From Candidatus Methanarcanum sp. (GTDB lineage Archaea; Thermoplasmatota; Thermoplasmata; Methanomassiliicoccales; Methanomethylophilaceae), in assembly GCA_045600635.1 (NCBI GenBank), contig JAZRYJ010000011.1:18440-82439 (forward strand): 64,000 nucleotides of DNA, given 5' to 3'. The position numbers were made by a program, and so were the translations under genes. The notes under the pieces were generated by a model. The model saw only the letters and a program-made list of their open reading frames with translations. It was not told the DNA's origin and searched no databases. Shown piece by piece: positions 27,573-36,892 of this stretch. The number at the start of each line of letters is the position of its first letter. Within the stretch, counting starts at the first letter, position 1.

Positions 27573-29354
27573 ATGGACTTCGCTGTGATAGCAAAAATGT
27601 TCGATAAATTGGAATCCACCAGCGCACGCTTGGAGATGACGGACATACTTGCAGAATTCTTCAGAACATGTCCGGCAAATGATTTGAGGATGATAATCTA
27701 TCTATCACAAGGTAAACTGCATCCTGATTTCTACGGCGTAGAACTCGGAATGGCAGATAAACTTGTTCTGAAAGCCATCTCTTTCACGTCAGGAACGCCT
27801 GAGAGCAAAGTAGAGGAGATGTGGATGAAGATCGGCGATCCGGGTCAGGTCGCAGAACAACTCATCACAGGTAAGAAGCAGATGACTCTGTTCTCTGAAC
27901 CGCTGACATTGGACAGAGTGATCAAGGGACTGACACTTATTGAAACAGCAGAGGGCAAAGATTCACAGAATCGCAAAATGAAACATCTTGCCAATCTGTT
28001 ACACGATTCCGGTTCACTTGAGGCAAGATATCTTTGCAGAATAGTGACGGGCAGGATGAGAGTAGGAGCATCGACAATGACAATTTTAGATGCTCTGGCA
28101 CTTACATTCGCCACAAAAGAAGAAAGACCTGAGATAGAAAGAGCATTCAACATCACATGTGACCTTGGATTTGTAGCTGAAACATTAGCGACCGATGGCA
28201 TGAGAGGGATAAGGGACATTCATGTTAAGGTCGGAGAACCCATCAAGGTCATGCTCGCAGAGAGATTACCATCGATAGCTGAAGTTGTAGAGAAAATGGG
28301 CGGAAAATGTGCCATCGAATACAAATATGACGGAATGAGAGCGCAGGTACACATCGGAAAAGATTCCGTGAAGATATACAGCAGAAGACTGGAGGATCTT
28401 ACACCCAACTTTCCGGATATAGCGCAGGCATTACGCGAGCATTTCAAAGGAGAAGAAGCAATAATCGAAGGTGAATGTGTCGCGGTCGATGCCGAGACAG
28501 GATTCATGCAACCGTTCCAAGAGGTCACACACAGAAGAAGAAAACATGGCATGGATGATGCTGTTAAAGAAGTGCCAGTAAGGATATTTGTGTTTGATAT
28601 TCTGTATGTTGACGGCAAAGATATGACGATGCTGCCATATCTTGAAAGGAGAGAGGCGATCAAAGAATGGTTCGACATATCGGATAACGTTCAGATGTCC
28701 ACAATGAAGATCGTTCGCTCTGTTGAGGAAGGAGAGGAATTCTTTGAAAATGCCATAGAGGCCAGATGCGAAGGCATAATGGCCAAATCGATCTCCGATG
28801 AATCGATCTACAGGGCCGGTTCAAGAGGATTCCTATGGATCAAGTACAAAAAAGATTACCAAGCGAATCTCACAGACTCTTTCGACCTTGTTGTTGTTGG
28901 CGCATTCTATGGTATGGGTAAACGTGCCGGAAAGTATGGTGCACTCCTCATGGCATCATATGATCCGGAAACAGGAAGATACGGCACCACATGTAAACTC
29001 GGAACGGGATTCGATGATGCATTTTTGGATAATATGCCGAATCTTCTTGATAAATACAAATCAACAGAGAAACCGCTGTCCCTTGATGCCAAGATGATCC
29101 CTGATGTGTGGTTCCAACCATCTGTGGTATTGGAAGTCGTTGCCGCGGAAATAACCATAAGTCCTATACATACAGCTGGTCTGGGTCTTATAAAAGAGGA
29201 CAACGGTATCGGAATAAGATTTCCCAGATTCACAGGCCGTGTCAGAGATGACAAAAGTGCCGATCAATGCACCACTGTTCAGGAGATCATTGAGATGTAT
29301 GATATGCAATCACATGATTCCACTGGTTTGGTATCGGATGAGTCAGAAAATTGA
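27573..29354 (+). CDS. lig: ATP-dependent DNA ligase
   Basis: EYKYDG adenylation motif, EGECV, EGIMAK, WIKYKKDY, RFPRF. Confidence 0.98.
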   Translation: MDFAVIAKMFDKLESTSARLEMTDILAEFFRTCPANDLRMIIYLSQGKLHPDFYGVELGMADKLVLKAISFTSGTPESKVEEMWMKIGDPGQVAEQLITGKKQMTLFSEPLTLDRVIKGLTLIETAEGKDSQNRKMKHLANLLHDSGSLEARYLCRIVTGRMRVGASTMTILDALALTFATKEERPEIERAFNITCDLGFVAETLATDGMRGIRDIHVKVGEPIKVMLAERLPSIAEVVEKMGGKCAIEYKYDGMRAQVHIGKDSVKIYSRRLEDLTPNFPDIAQALREHFKGEEAIIEGECVAVDAETGFMQPFQEVTHRRRKHGMDDAVKEVPVRIFVFDILYVDGKDMTMLPYLERREAIKEWFDISDNVQMSTMKIVRSVEEGEEFFENAIEARCEGIMAKSISDESIYRAGSRGFLWIKYKKDYQANLTDSFDLVVVGAFYGMGKRAGKYGALLMASYDPETGRYGTTCKLGTGFDDAFLDNMPNLLDKYKSTEKPLSLDAKMIPDVWFQPSVVLEVVAAEITISPIHTAGLGLIKEDNGIGIRFPRFTGRVRDDKSADQCTTVQEIIEMYDMQSHDSTGLVSDESEN

Positions 29355-29413
29355 TTCCATCCATCATCCTCTATAGAGAAACCTTTAAAACTATGTCAGT
29401 ATTGGTGTGGGAC

Positions 29414-29668
29414 ATGCAACTTCAACTTGTCGAAAAAACAGAGAATTCTATCAAAATCGGACTCATAGATGCTGATACAACGATCATCACACCCATCATT
29501 GAGAAGCTCGACAAGGACAAGAAAGTAAAGATCGTCAGATATATCGAGACACATCCTGAACTCGATACACCTGAACTCTACGTCGAAATGTATGAAGGCG
29601 ACCCCGTCAAGGCTATCGTTGATGCTTCCGGTGAAGTCTCCAAATATTTCGAAAGTATCAAAGAATAA
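29414..29668 (+). CDS. rpoL: RNA polymerase subunit L (Rpo11)
   Basis: Y.ETHPELDTPEL.V, GDP..AI; ATG 29414 after GGTG. Confidence 0.85.
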   Translation: MQLQLVEKTENSIKIGLIDADTTIITPIIEKLDKDKKVKIVRYIETHPELDTPELYVEMYEGDPVKAIVDASGEVSKYFESIKE

Positions 29669-29676
29669 GCGATAAC

Positions 29677-30981
29677 ATGCAGTATCGCAGCTGCAACACT
29701 GCCGAAGCTGATGTCGGCATGGAATTTTACCTCACGGATACCGACGGTACAGGTGGATCCATTAAAGATTCGGCCGATGATTTCATCGTAAAGGAGATAT
29801 CCAACCGCCCTGCGGAAAAGGAAGGCGGAAAATTCACTATCGCCGATGTTACAACAAAGAACTGGGAGACCAATCGTTTAGTCAGACTTCTTGCGAGAAC
29901 GATGGGTATCTCGAGAGAAAAGATCGGTTTTGCAGGTACGAAGGACAAAAGAGCGATAACCACACAACTGATGTCGTTCGAATGTCCTCCTGAAAGGATA
30001 GATCTCGTAACGTTAAATGACATCAGATTCGAGAACATCTACACTGCGAACCGCGGACTCAGAGTCGGAGACCTCATTGGGAATCATTTTGACATTCGTG
30101 TCAGGAACTGCAAAGTGGAACAATCGAAGATATCTGAATTGATACAGCATGACATCGAGATAATCAACAACGTAGGCGGATTCCCCAACTACTTCGGAGT
30201 CCAAAGATTCGGTACGACGAGACCGATAACACATATCGTCGGAGAGAAACTGGTGCGCGGAGACATCAAAGGTGCCGTGATGGCCTATATCTCCCATCCG
30301 TCCGATGTTGAAGGAGAGGACCTACAAGCAATAAGAAAAAGATTCAGGGACGGAGAGGATTATTCATCGATAATACCTGATATGCCAAAGACCATGGGAT
30401 TCGAAAAGGCGATGGCCGAACATCTGATAAGACAGCCTGATGATTACACCGGTGCGATCGCTGAGATGCCCGGAAACCTCCAGATGATGTTCACTCACGC
30501 ATATCAATCGTATCTTTTCAATATGATGCTCAGCGAAAGGATGAGGCAGGGGATCCCCCTCAATTCACCTATCGAAGGCGATGTCGTCATCCCGTTAGAT
30601 GCGGACGGAAATCCCATGCATGACAATCCGATCATCGTCACAGAAAAGAACATCGATCTTGCAACAAGACAGGTCAGCAGAGGAAGGGCATTCATCTCTA
30701 TCGTCCTTTACGGAACTGACAGCAGATTCGCAGAAGGTAGGATGGGTGAGATTGAAAAGAAGATCATTGAGAATGAGAAACTTGAAGAAAAGAACTTCAT
30801 CATCCAAGGTCTCCCCCACTGTACATCCAAGGGAACAAGAAGAGAGATAATCTGTCCAATCAGGGATCTTGATTTCAAGATCGAGGATGAAGGCTATTCT
30901 GTAAGATTCTCTCTTCCGAAAGGCAACTACGCCACATGCCTTATGCGTGAACTTCTGAAATCAGATATGACCGACTACTGA
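29677..30981 (+). CDS. truD: tRNA pseudouridine(13) synthase
   Basis: FAGTKDKRAITTQ, GNHFDIRVR, PNYFGVQRFG, FSLPKGNYAT. Confidence 0.97.
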   Translation: MQYRSCNTAEADVGMEFYLTDTDGTGGSIKDSADDFIVKEISNRPAEKEGGKFTIADVTTKNWETNRLVRLLARTMGISREKIGFAGTKDKRAITTQLMSFECPPERIDLVTLNDIRFENIYTANRGLRVGDLIGNHFDIRVRNCKVEQSKISELIQHDIEIINNVGGFPNYFGVQRFGTTRPITHIVGEKLVRGDIKGAVMAYISHPSDVEGEDLQAIRKRFRDGEDYSSIIPDMPKTMGFEKAMAEHLIRQPDDYTGAIAEMPGNLQMMFTHAYQSYLFNMMLSERMRQGIPLNSPIEGDVVIPLDADGNPMHDNPIIVTEKNIDLATRQVSRGRAFISIVLYGTDSRFAEGRMGEIEKKIIENEKLEEKNFIIQGLPHCTSKGTRREIICPIRDLDFKIEDEGYSVRFSLPKGNYATCLMRELLKSDMTDY

Positions 30982-33663
30982 ATCATCTCTGAATGATAAC
31001 ATCATTACAGTCCTGGCTGTGAATACGCCTATACTGTATCTCCTCATGACGTCGTAGATATCAAGATCGCCTTCGGTATCTTTGGTCTCCGACAATATCT
31101 CATTGACCCTGAGGTTGAATTCAGCAGGTACAAGGTCCATCTCCAACGCCTTATACACATATGCGATGAGTCTCTTGGCCTCATCAACATCATATGCACC
31201 TGATCTCAGGAATGCAGTCTGCAACGGCAGCAGATGTGTCTTTCCGATATCTTTTATTCCGCCGTTGATAACAGCATTATATGACAGATCCTCCATCCTG
31301 TTGAAATCATCGTCATTCGGTACGATGATGCCGTAATCCTTAATGTCGGACATGTATGACAGCACCCTATCCCTCATATCGACGGGTATATCTGCCTCTG
31401 TCATCAATGACGGACTGTCCAGATCCTCATCTTTCCCGTCAGAGCACATCAATAATTTTTCTGCATACGCTTTTACATCAGATTCATCAGGAACGGATAC
31501 TGTCTCCTCTTCGACCTCTTCTTTTTCATTATTCGTAAGATCGAAGTATATGGTTTTGCACTCTTCATCATCCGGTTCCAAGGACAGGATCGCTTTGCAC
31601 ATAGCCTTGGCCTCATCGATGTCGCCGATAGAGATGCAGATGTCACGTTTGGCCCTCATTATTGATATGTCATCGGGGCATATCTCCATAGCGATGTTCA
31701 CGAAAGATAATGCATCGTTCTTCCTGCCGATCTTGAAAAGGATGCTACTCTTCATCATCAATGAATAAACATTATCTGGATGCAGGTCGATGACATGGTT
31801 CAGTGCATCGACGGCAGTCGCATAGCTGCCTCCCTTTTCATGAACGGCAGCTTTGGAGATCCAATATTCAGTATTATCGAGATCCAACAATACTGCTCTG
31901 TCGTATGCGGTCTCTGCACTCTCATAATCCTCTATAGCTTCCGATGCCATCCCTTTGGAGTGCCACACCATGGGGTTGTTTGGATCGAGATCCAGTGATC
32001 TTTCGTATGAACTGCAGGCATCGGAATAACGTCCTATCGCATATTCAGCATTGCCCTTTATTGCAAAAACATCCGATGTGGAATAAATGTCATCATACTG
32101 ATCTATGATATTAATGGCCTCTTCATATCTCTTCTTCTCCATCAACGATGTTATCACAGTCATGAATAACAACGGATCAATTTTGAGCTCTATAGCTTCA
32201 CGGTAAAGTGAGATAGCCTCATCGCTCTTCCCTGTATCCTCAAGGATCGATGCTATATCCTGGATGTTATCAACATCTGAAGGATTCATCTCCCTTATGG
32301 TCTGACAGATCTGATATGCGAATTCCAGATCTCCTGTTTCTCTGACGATCTTCTTCTTAAGTGATAATGCATCTATGTTGCGATCATCTGCAGTGAGTAT
32401 TTTGTCAACATCATTCAATGCTTTACGGATCTTTCCGAGACTGAGATATATCTCTGACCTCAGGATTCTGCATTCAGGAGCTCCCGATGATCTCCTGACC
32501 GCTTTGGAAATGTGAGCCAATGCTTTCTTAGGTCTGCCGGAATAGAATTCATTCTTTGCGGTCAGATAAGGTACGAGATACGAATCATCATCGGACATCA
32601 TCATCCTGTCTATGATGTGCGACGCCTGTGCGAACATCGATTTAGATATCATGAGTTCAGCAACGAACGCATATCCTTTGACACCCGCATAATCATTGTA
32701 CAGATACATATCAGCATAATCTGACAGCGATTCGAGATCGTCCATCGATGCATACACTGAGATTTTGGTCTCCATCAGCCTCTGTTCTGTATCGCATATC
32801 TTCTCAAGATCGCTGCATATCGATAATGCATCTTTGAACGAACCGGACGCAAGACATGCTCTGGCCATCTCCAATCTTACTGAAAATGTCGGATCTTTTA
32901 TCTTTTTAAAATGCTCTACTGCACCGACATTGTCATTGAAGCCTACCAGGAATCTCGCTGCGGCCAACATGTAGTCGTCATTGCATTCTCCGTATGGTGT
33001 GGAGCGCTTCAGCATATCAAATGCCAATAATCTGTTCCCGGATCCCCAATTGAGATAAATGCTGTACAGATCCTCGATCCTGTCGGTCGCGATACAATCA
33101 AGCTGAGGGGTGCTCTCTCCGGCCAGTATTCTCTGTATCCATCCACGATATTCCCATTTTCCGTTTCTATCAAGAGATTGAAGACGTTCATAAACCTCCA
33201 TCTTATCTGAGTTATACTTCAATGACGCAATGAAGTGCATCTTCGCATCGTTCAGGAAGCCCATGTCCAACGCTGTCAATCCGCGCTCATATTCCCAGGA
33301 TGCAGGGTCGTTATCAACAGTCATGCTGTCAAGCACTGTTGCTGATAATTCTGCTGAGTTGTTCTCCCTCAATATCCTGGAGGCTTTCAACCTAGGTTTT
33401 GAATCATATGCTTTGCATCTGTCCAATACTTTCAGTATGATATTGCATAGATCCTTGTATTTGTAAAGCACCATCAGATCCATCACTTTGCATAATATGG
33501 CGGAATTTACAAAACTCTCACTCTCAATGATGTCATTCACAACTTTGACCAATTTCGGATAACTGGAATCGATTCTCCTGGATGAGACATTCTCTAACAA
33601 AACAAGATGCTTCCATAATCTGCATTCATCAATATTTGAAAATACAGCTGCATCCTCATCCAT
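30961..33663 (-). CDS. Large tetratricopeptide-repeat protein
   Basis: Many TPR units (e.g. YERSLDLDPNNPMVWHSKG, YDRAVLLDLDNTEYWISKA). ATG 33663 is preferred over GTG 33714. Confidence 0.88.
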   Translation of the reverse strand: MDEDAAVFSNIDECRLWKHLVLLENVSSRRIDSSYPKLVKVVNDIIESESFVNSAILCKVMDLMVLYKYKDLCNIILKVLDRCKAYDSKPRLKASRILRENNSAELSATVLDSMTVDNDPASWEYERGLTALDMGFLNDAKMHFIASLKYNSDKMEVYERLQSLDRNGKWEYRGWIQRILAGESTPQLDCIATDRIEDLYSIYLNWGSGNRLLAFDMLKRSTPYGECNDDYMLAAARFLVGFNDNVGAVEHFKKIKDPTFSVRLEMARACLASGSFKDALSICSDLEKICDTEQRLMETKISVYASMDDLESLSDYADMYLYNDYAGVKGYAFVAELMISKSMFAQASHIIDRMMMSDDDSYLVPYLTAKNEFYSGRPKKALAHISKAVRRSSGAPECRILRSEIYLSLGKIRKALNDVDKILTADDRNIDALSLKKKIVRETGDLEFAYQICQTIREMNPSDVDNIQDIASILEDTGKSDEAISLYREAIELKIDPLLFMTVITSLMEKKRYEEAINIIDQYDDIYSTSDVFAIKGNAEYAIGRYSDACSSYERSLDLDPNNPMVWHSKGMASEAIEDYESAETAYDRAVLLDLDNTEYWISKAAVHEKGGSYATAVDALNHVIDLHPDNVYSLMMKSSILFKIGRKNDALSFVNIAMEICPDDISIMRAKRDICISIGDIDEAKAMCKAILSLEPDDEECKTIYFDLTNNEKEEVEEETVSVPDESDVKAYAEKLLMCSDGKDEDLDSPSLMTEADIPVDMRDRVLSYMSDIKDYGIIVPNDDDFNRMEDLSYNAVINGGIKDIGKTHLLPLQTAFLRSGAYDVDEAKRLIAYVYKALEMDLVPAEFNLRVNEILSETKDTEGDLDIYDVMRRYSIGVFTARTVMMLSFRDDSVVGHI

Positions 33664-33826
33664 AATTGCATATTGCTGAAAAGATAAAAGATATTTTCCT
33701 ATCGGAATCCACATCTATACGGTCTTTAACAGAAATTTTGATTTGTAATGCACGGGTGATCAAGCCAGTGTTCGAAAACATACTTCGCTATTGTTATATA
33801 CTGCCTGTCGATTATCCAGAATCAGT

Positions 33827-33901
33827 GCATTCGTGATCTAGGGGCTAGGATTCAAGCCCTCCAAGCTTGTTGCCCGGGTTCGATTCCCGGCGGATGCACC
33901 A
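33827..33901 (+). tRNA. tRNA-Gly (TCC), CCA encoded, with non-canonical C33
   Basis: Acceptor GCATTCG/CGGATGC + A-CCA; D stem ATCT/GGAT; anticodon stem CAAGC/GCTTG with loop CCTCCAA; T arm CCGGG-TTCGATT-CCCGG; TTATATA box upstream. Confidence 0.92.
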
Positions 33902-33928
33902 CTTCTAATCACCCTTGATTTCCGAGAT

Positions 33929-34885
33929 TCATTGCTTGAAATCTTCCGGAACACCTGCGGATCTGCATCCCATATCGAAACATCCTATGGCTGCAACCGA
34001 ACCGATGACGCCGCCGTTCCCTTTCACAAGAGGATAGATCTTGATGTTATTCCTCTCAGCAATCTCTAAAGCATCTTCTGGTTTGAAAAGTATGCTCTTG
34101 CAATCCCATCCGAACTTCGACAACTCCTCTGGTATTTCAAGTCCTTGGTAGACCGTCATCACCGCATCATCAGAATATGTGTCCTTTATGATGAAATCCT
34201 TAGCATATTCAATCAATGAATCCACCTCAGATTCTCTGACCGCAAATGACACTGCAGTTGAACAGCAATTTGTAGTCTTCATCGGTGCCTTAGGATTGAG
34301 TTGGATGATCTTGTGCTCAAGGAATTTACCTATAGGGCAGTTCATACCGAGTTTCATACCGGTAACCCATGTCGCACCTTTCTCCTTGGTATCTGTATCG
34401 TCTATTCCGATGATCACGCGCACCATCTTCGGCGTTATGATATCAACACTGGATACGTGTCCTCCCCCGATCTTGAAATCATCAGGATATTCTGTATAGA
34501 TCACATCTTTACATGACGGAAGACATGCTCCAATACCTACAGTGGCACCTGCCATGGCACACCATGATATGCGCACCCTGTCTCCCTCGATAGACACTTT
34601 GTTGATACATCTTGCACCGAGACCTTCAGAAACAGCTCCGAAATGTGCTTCAGCCTCACCGATTCTTGCATCGATCTCCATCGTACCGTGTCTATCGACA
34701 ACATTGCTGACCAGTCCTTTCGAACGGCGCATATTGACTATGTCCCATTCAGAAGGGCCGACGGAAGTACATGACTCGATGATCTTGATCTTACCTGCTT
34801 TTTCATCGACCAAGGTTATGAACCTTTTACAGAATGTCTTCCCGTATTTCTTCTCGACTTGTTCCGGAGTAAGTGTCTGTACCAT
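33929..34885 (-). CDS. mmp11: Methanogenesis marker protein 11-like (TiaS-related IDDTD domain)
   Basis: IIGIDDTDTKEKGATW, HKIIQLNPKAPMKTTNCCSTA, N-terminal IESCTSVGPSEW. Confidence 0.8.
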   Translation of the reverse strand: MVQTLTPEQVEKKYGKTFCKRFITLVDEKAGKIKIIESCTSVGPSEWDIVNMRRSKGLVSNVVDRHGTMEIDARIGEAEAHFGAVSEGLGARCINKVSIEGDRVRISWCAMAGATVGIGACLPSCKDVIYTEYPDDFKIGGGHVSSVDIITPKMVRVIIGIDDTDTKEKGATWVTGMKLGMNCPIGKFLEHKIIQLNPKAPMKTTNCCSTAVSFAVRESEVDSLIEYAKDFIIKDTYSDDAVMTVYQGLEIPEELSKFGWDCKSILFKPEDALEIAERNNIKIYPLVKGNGGVIGSVAAIGCFDMGCRSAGVPEDFKQ

Positions 34886-34959
34886 GATACCTATCTCTTA
34901 AGAGCAACAGAGTAGTATGCAACGTTGTTTAATACTATTTCGATAAACCAACCAGCATT

Positions 34960-35979
34960 TCAAATGTCTTTGAACGGAACTATATCACAGCATGTACATC
35001 TGAGGCACATGGTTTTCATGTCAGTTCCCAGTGAGTATTTTTCAAGGATGTGCTTTTGAGACTTCGCAAGTCTGATGATCCTCTCAGATGATAGCGTCTC
35101 TGTGTCGCCCAACACTCTTCTGATGTTTTCCTTCACAATACCTGATGATTTCAACGGCCTCAGTCCGGGAATTACACCGATTGATGCCAATCTCTCCATG
35201 ATATTAATGACATCATCATCGGATTCCCCCAATCCTATTATGATGTTGGATGTTACATTCCCCTTTCCGAAAACTTCAACCGAATACTCCAACATTCTGA
35301 AGATGTTGTCATAATCCAACCCAGGACACGCCTTGTTGAACAATTCTTTGTTGACTGTTTCACAATTGATCTTGATCTCAGTTATTCCCGAAGCATAAAG
35401 TTGATCCACCTGTTCTTTGGATTCAACATACGGCTCTGCTCCGACAGGCATATCCGAAAATGCTTCTTTTACTGCTCTGGCACATTCGCATATCCTATCG
35501 ATGGTATTTTGAACTGATCCGATGACGCCGCTTGTGAATGCGACTGACTCGATAGCAACATATGAATCTCTTATCTTCTGAACTATAACGTCCTTGTCCT
35601 GTCCCTTGTATGTAGAATCACCTAACATCGGTGATGCACAATAGATACATTTGTAGATGCATCTCTGATCCAGATTGAAGAATGCCTGCTCAGGGCAATG
35701 ATAACCCACTGGCACTATTGTCACATTTTTGATGTACGGTTTACCTTTCCTCATTATCGCGAGTGATTCGCCGTCATTCTTCAATGAGAATTCCCTCTCG
35801 TTCCTCGATATCGCTTTTTTCACTCTCATTCCGGAGAAACCGAGAACGATGGATTCCGACCCTGCGCCCGGGCCTGCGGTCGATTTGGATATACGTACAG
35901 GTATAATTACATCATCTGGCACATATACTGCATCAGCAAGTATCAATTCCGCTTTCTTCGCAGCCAAATCAAAATCCAT
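34960..35979 (-). CDS. Radical SAM enzyme, biotin-synthase-related (COG2516/MSMEG_0568-like)
   Basis: CIYKCIYC, STAGPGAG, FGKGNVTSNIIIGLGE, C-terminal CLRCTCC; start MDFDL at 35979. Confidence 0.85.
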   Translation of the reverse strand: MDFDLAAKKAELILADAVYVPDDVIIPVRISKSTAGPGAGSESIVLGFSGMRVKKAISRNEREFSLKNDGESLAIMRKGKPYIKNVTIVPVGYHCPEQAFFNLDQRCIYKCIYCASPMLGDSTYKGQDKDVIVQKIRDSYVAIESVAFTSGVIGSVQNTIDRICECARAVKEAFSDMPVGAEPYVESKEQVDQLYASGITEIKINCETVNKELFNKACPGLDYDNIFRMLEYSVEVFGKGNVTSNIIIGLGESDDDVINIMERLASIGVIPGLRPLKSSGIVKENIRRVLGDTETLSSERIIRLAKSQKHILEKYSLGTDMKTMCLRCTCCDIVPFKDI

Positions 35980-36046
35980 GGAGTGTACTGTCCTTCTGCA
36001 ATAATAAAGGATGCGAACCTTAATAGTAGAATTGTGTTCAGCAATC

Positions 36047-36880
36047 ATGCACTGCAAGGATGTTTCCATCCGCGATGTCGATTTCTCTCTGACGAAAGAG
36101 AGCATCGATTCTCAGATGAAAGATTGGAATTCATACACCCGTACTGAATACATGGTGTTCCGCAATGATGACCGCTATGCTGTAGTGCATTTCCTATCAA
36201 AGGAAAAATCAACTTCATTGTTCAAAAAAGTAAATAAATTCAAGATCTTAGCACTGCCTGATGATATAATCTACATAGAGATCCCCGATCTGGATGTACT
36301 CAATGTCCCTGCATTGGCAAAGATACAACAGATGCATCCGAACAAAGGCATCGTTGTGAAAGGGATGTTCTCCCATGTCGTTTTCATAAAGGATCTTGAA
36401 CCGCTGTATCTTCATATTGTTGACAATATCCCGCCCAGTCCTGCGAAGCTCACTGTTCTTGTTCAGAAAGCATTGGATTCAGGATTCATCGATTATCCGA
36501 TAATCCCTGTAGAGCATATCATCGACATGGATGATAGTATCGGGAATGCTAATACTGAATCGATCATGTTCCCGTGTAAAGTCTCCGGATTGAAAGGCGG
36601 TAGGAGAACATACTATCTGGACGAGGCCCCTGACATCGAAGAGGATGTCACTCTCATCGGCTGTCACCTTTCCAAACGCATCTTCGAATCGATATACGGA
36701 AAAGAACCTGACTTCATCAATGTTTGTCCTGCTGATTTCACAGAAGGAAAAAGAAAATGCATTGTCAAATGTTGCAAGATCAAGAATGATCATGTCATCA
36801 ATGATGAGATCGCACAGGTCCCTTGGGGTGCTACTGTCCCTGAGGTCGTAGATGCTATAAACGACCTCTTCAAAGATTGA
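36047..36880 (+). CDS. Conserved-looking Cys-rich hypothetical protein
   Basis: FPCKVSG, LIGCHLS, NVCP, KCIVKCC, QVPWGA; ATG 36047 preferred. Confidence 0.75.
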   Translation: MHCKDVSIRDVDFSLTKESIDSQMKDWNSYTRTEYMVFRNDDRYAVVHFLSKEKSTSLFKKVNKFKILALPDDIIYIEIPDLDVLNVPALAKIQQMHPNKGIVVKGMFSHVVFIKDLEPLYLHIVDNIPPSPAKLTVLVQKALDSGFIDYPIIPVEHIIDMDDSIGNANTESIMFPCKVSGLKGGRRTYYLDEAPDIEEDVTLIGCHLSKRIFESIYGKEPDFINVCPADFTEGKRKCIVKCCKIKNDHVINDEIAQVPWGATVPEVVDAINDLFKD

Positions 36881-36892
36881 AAGAAACCATGA

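Noticed and set aside
33827-33901. Calling this tRNA Trp(CCA)
   Set aside because: The only pairing anticodon stem (CAAGC/GCTTG) puts TCC at 34-36, and the acceptor stem, A73 and 4-nt variable loop fit Gly.
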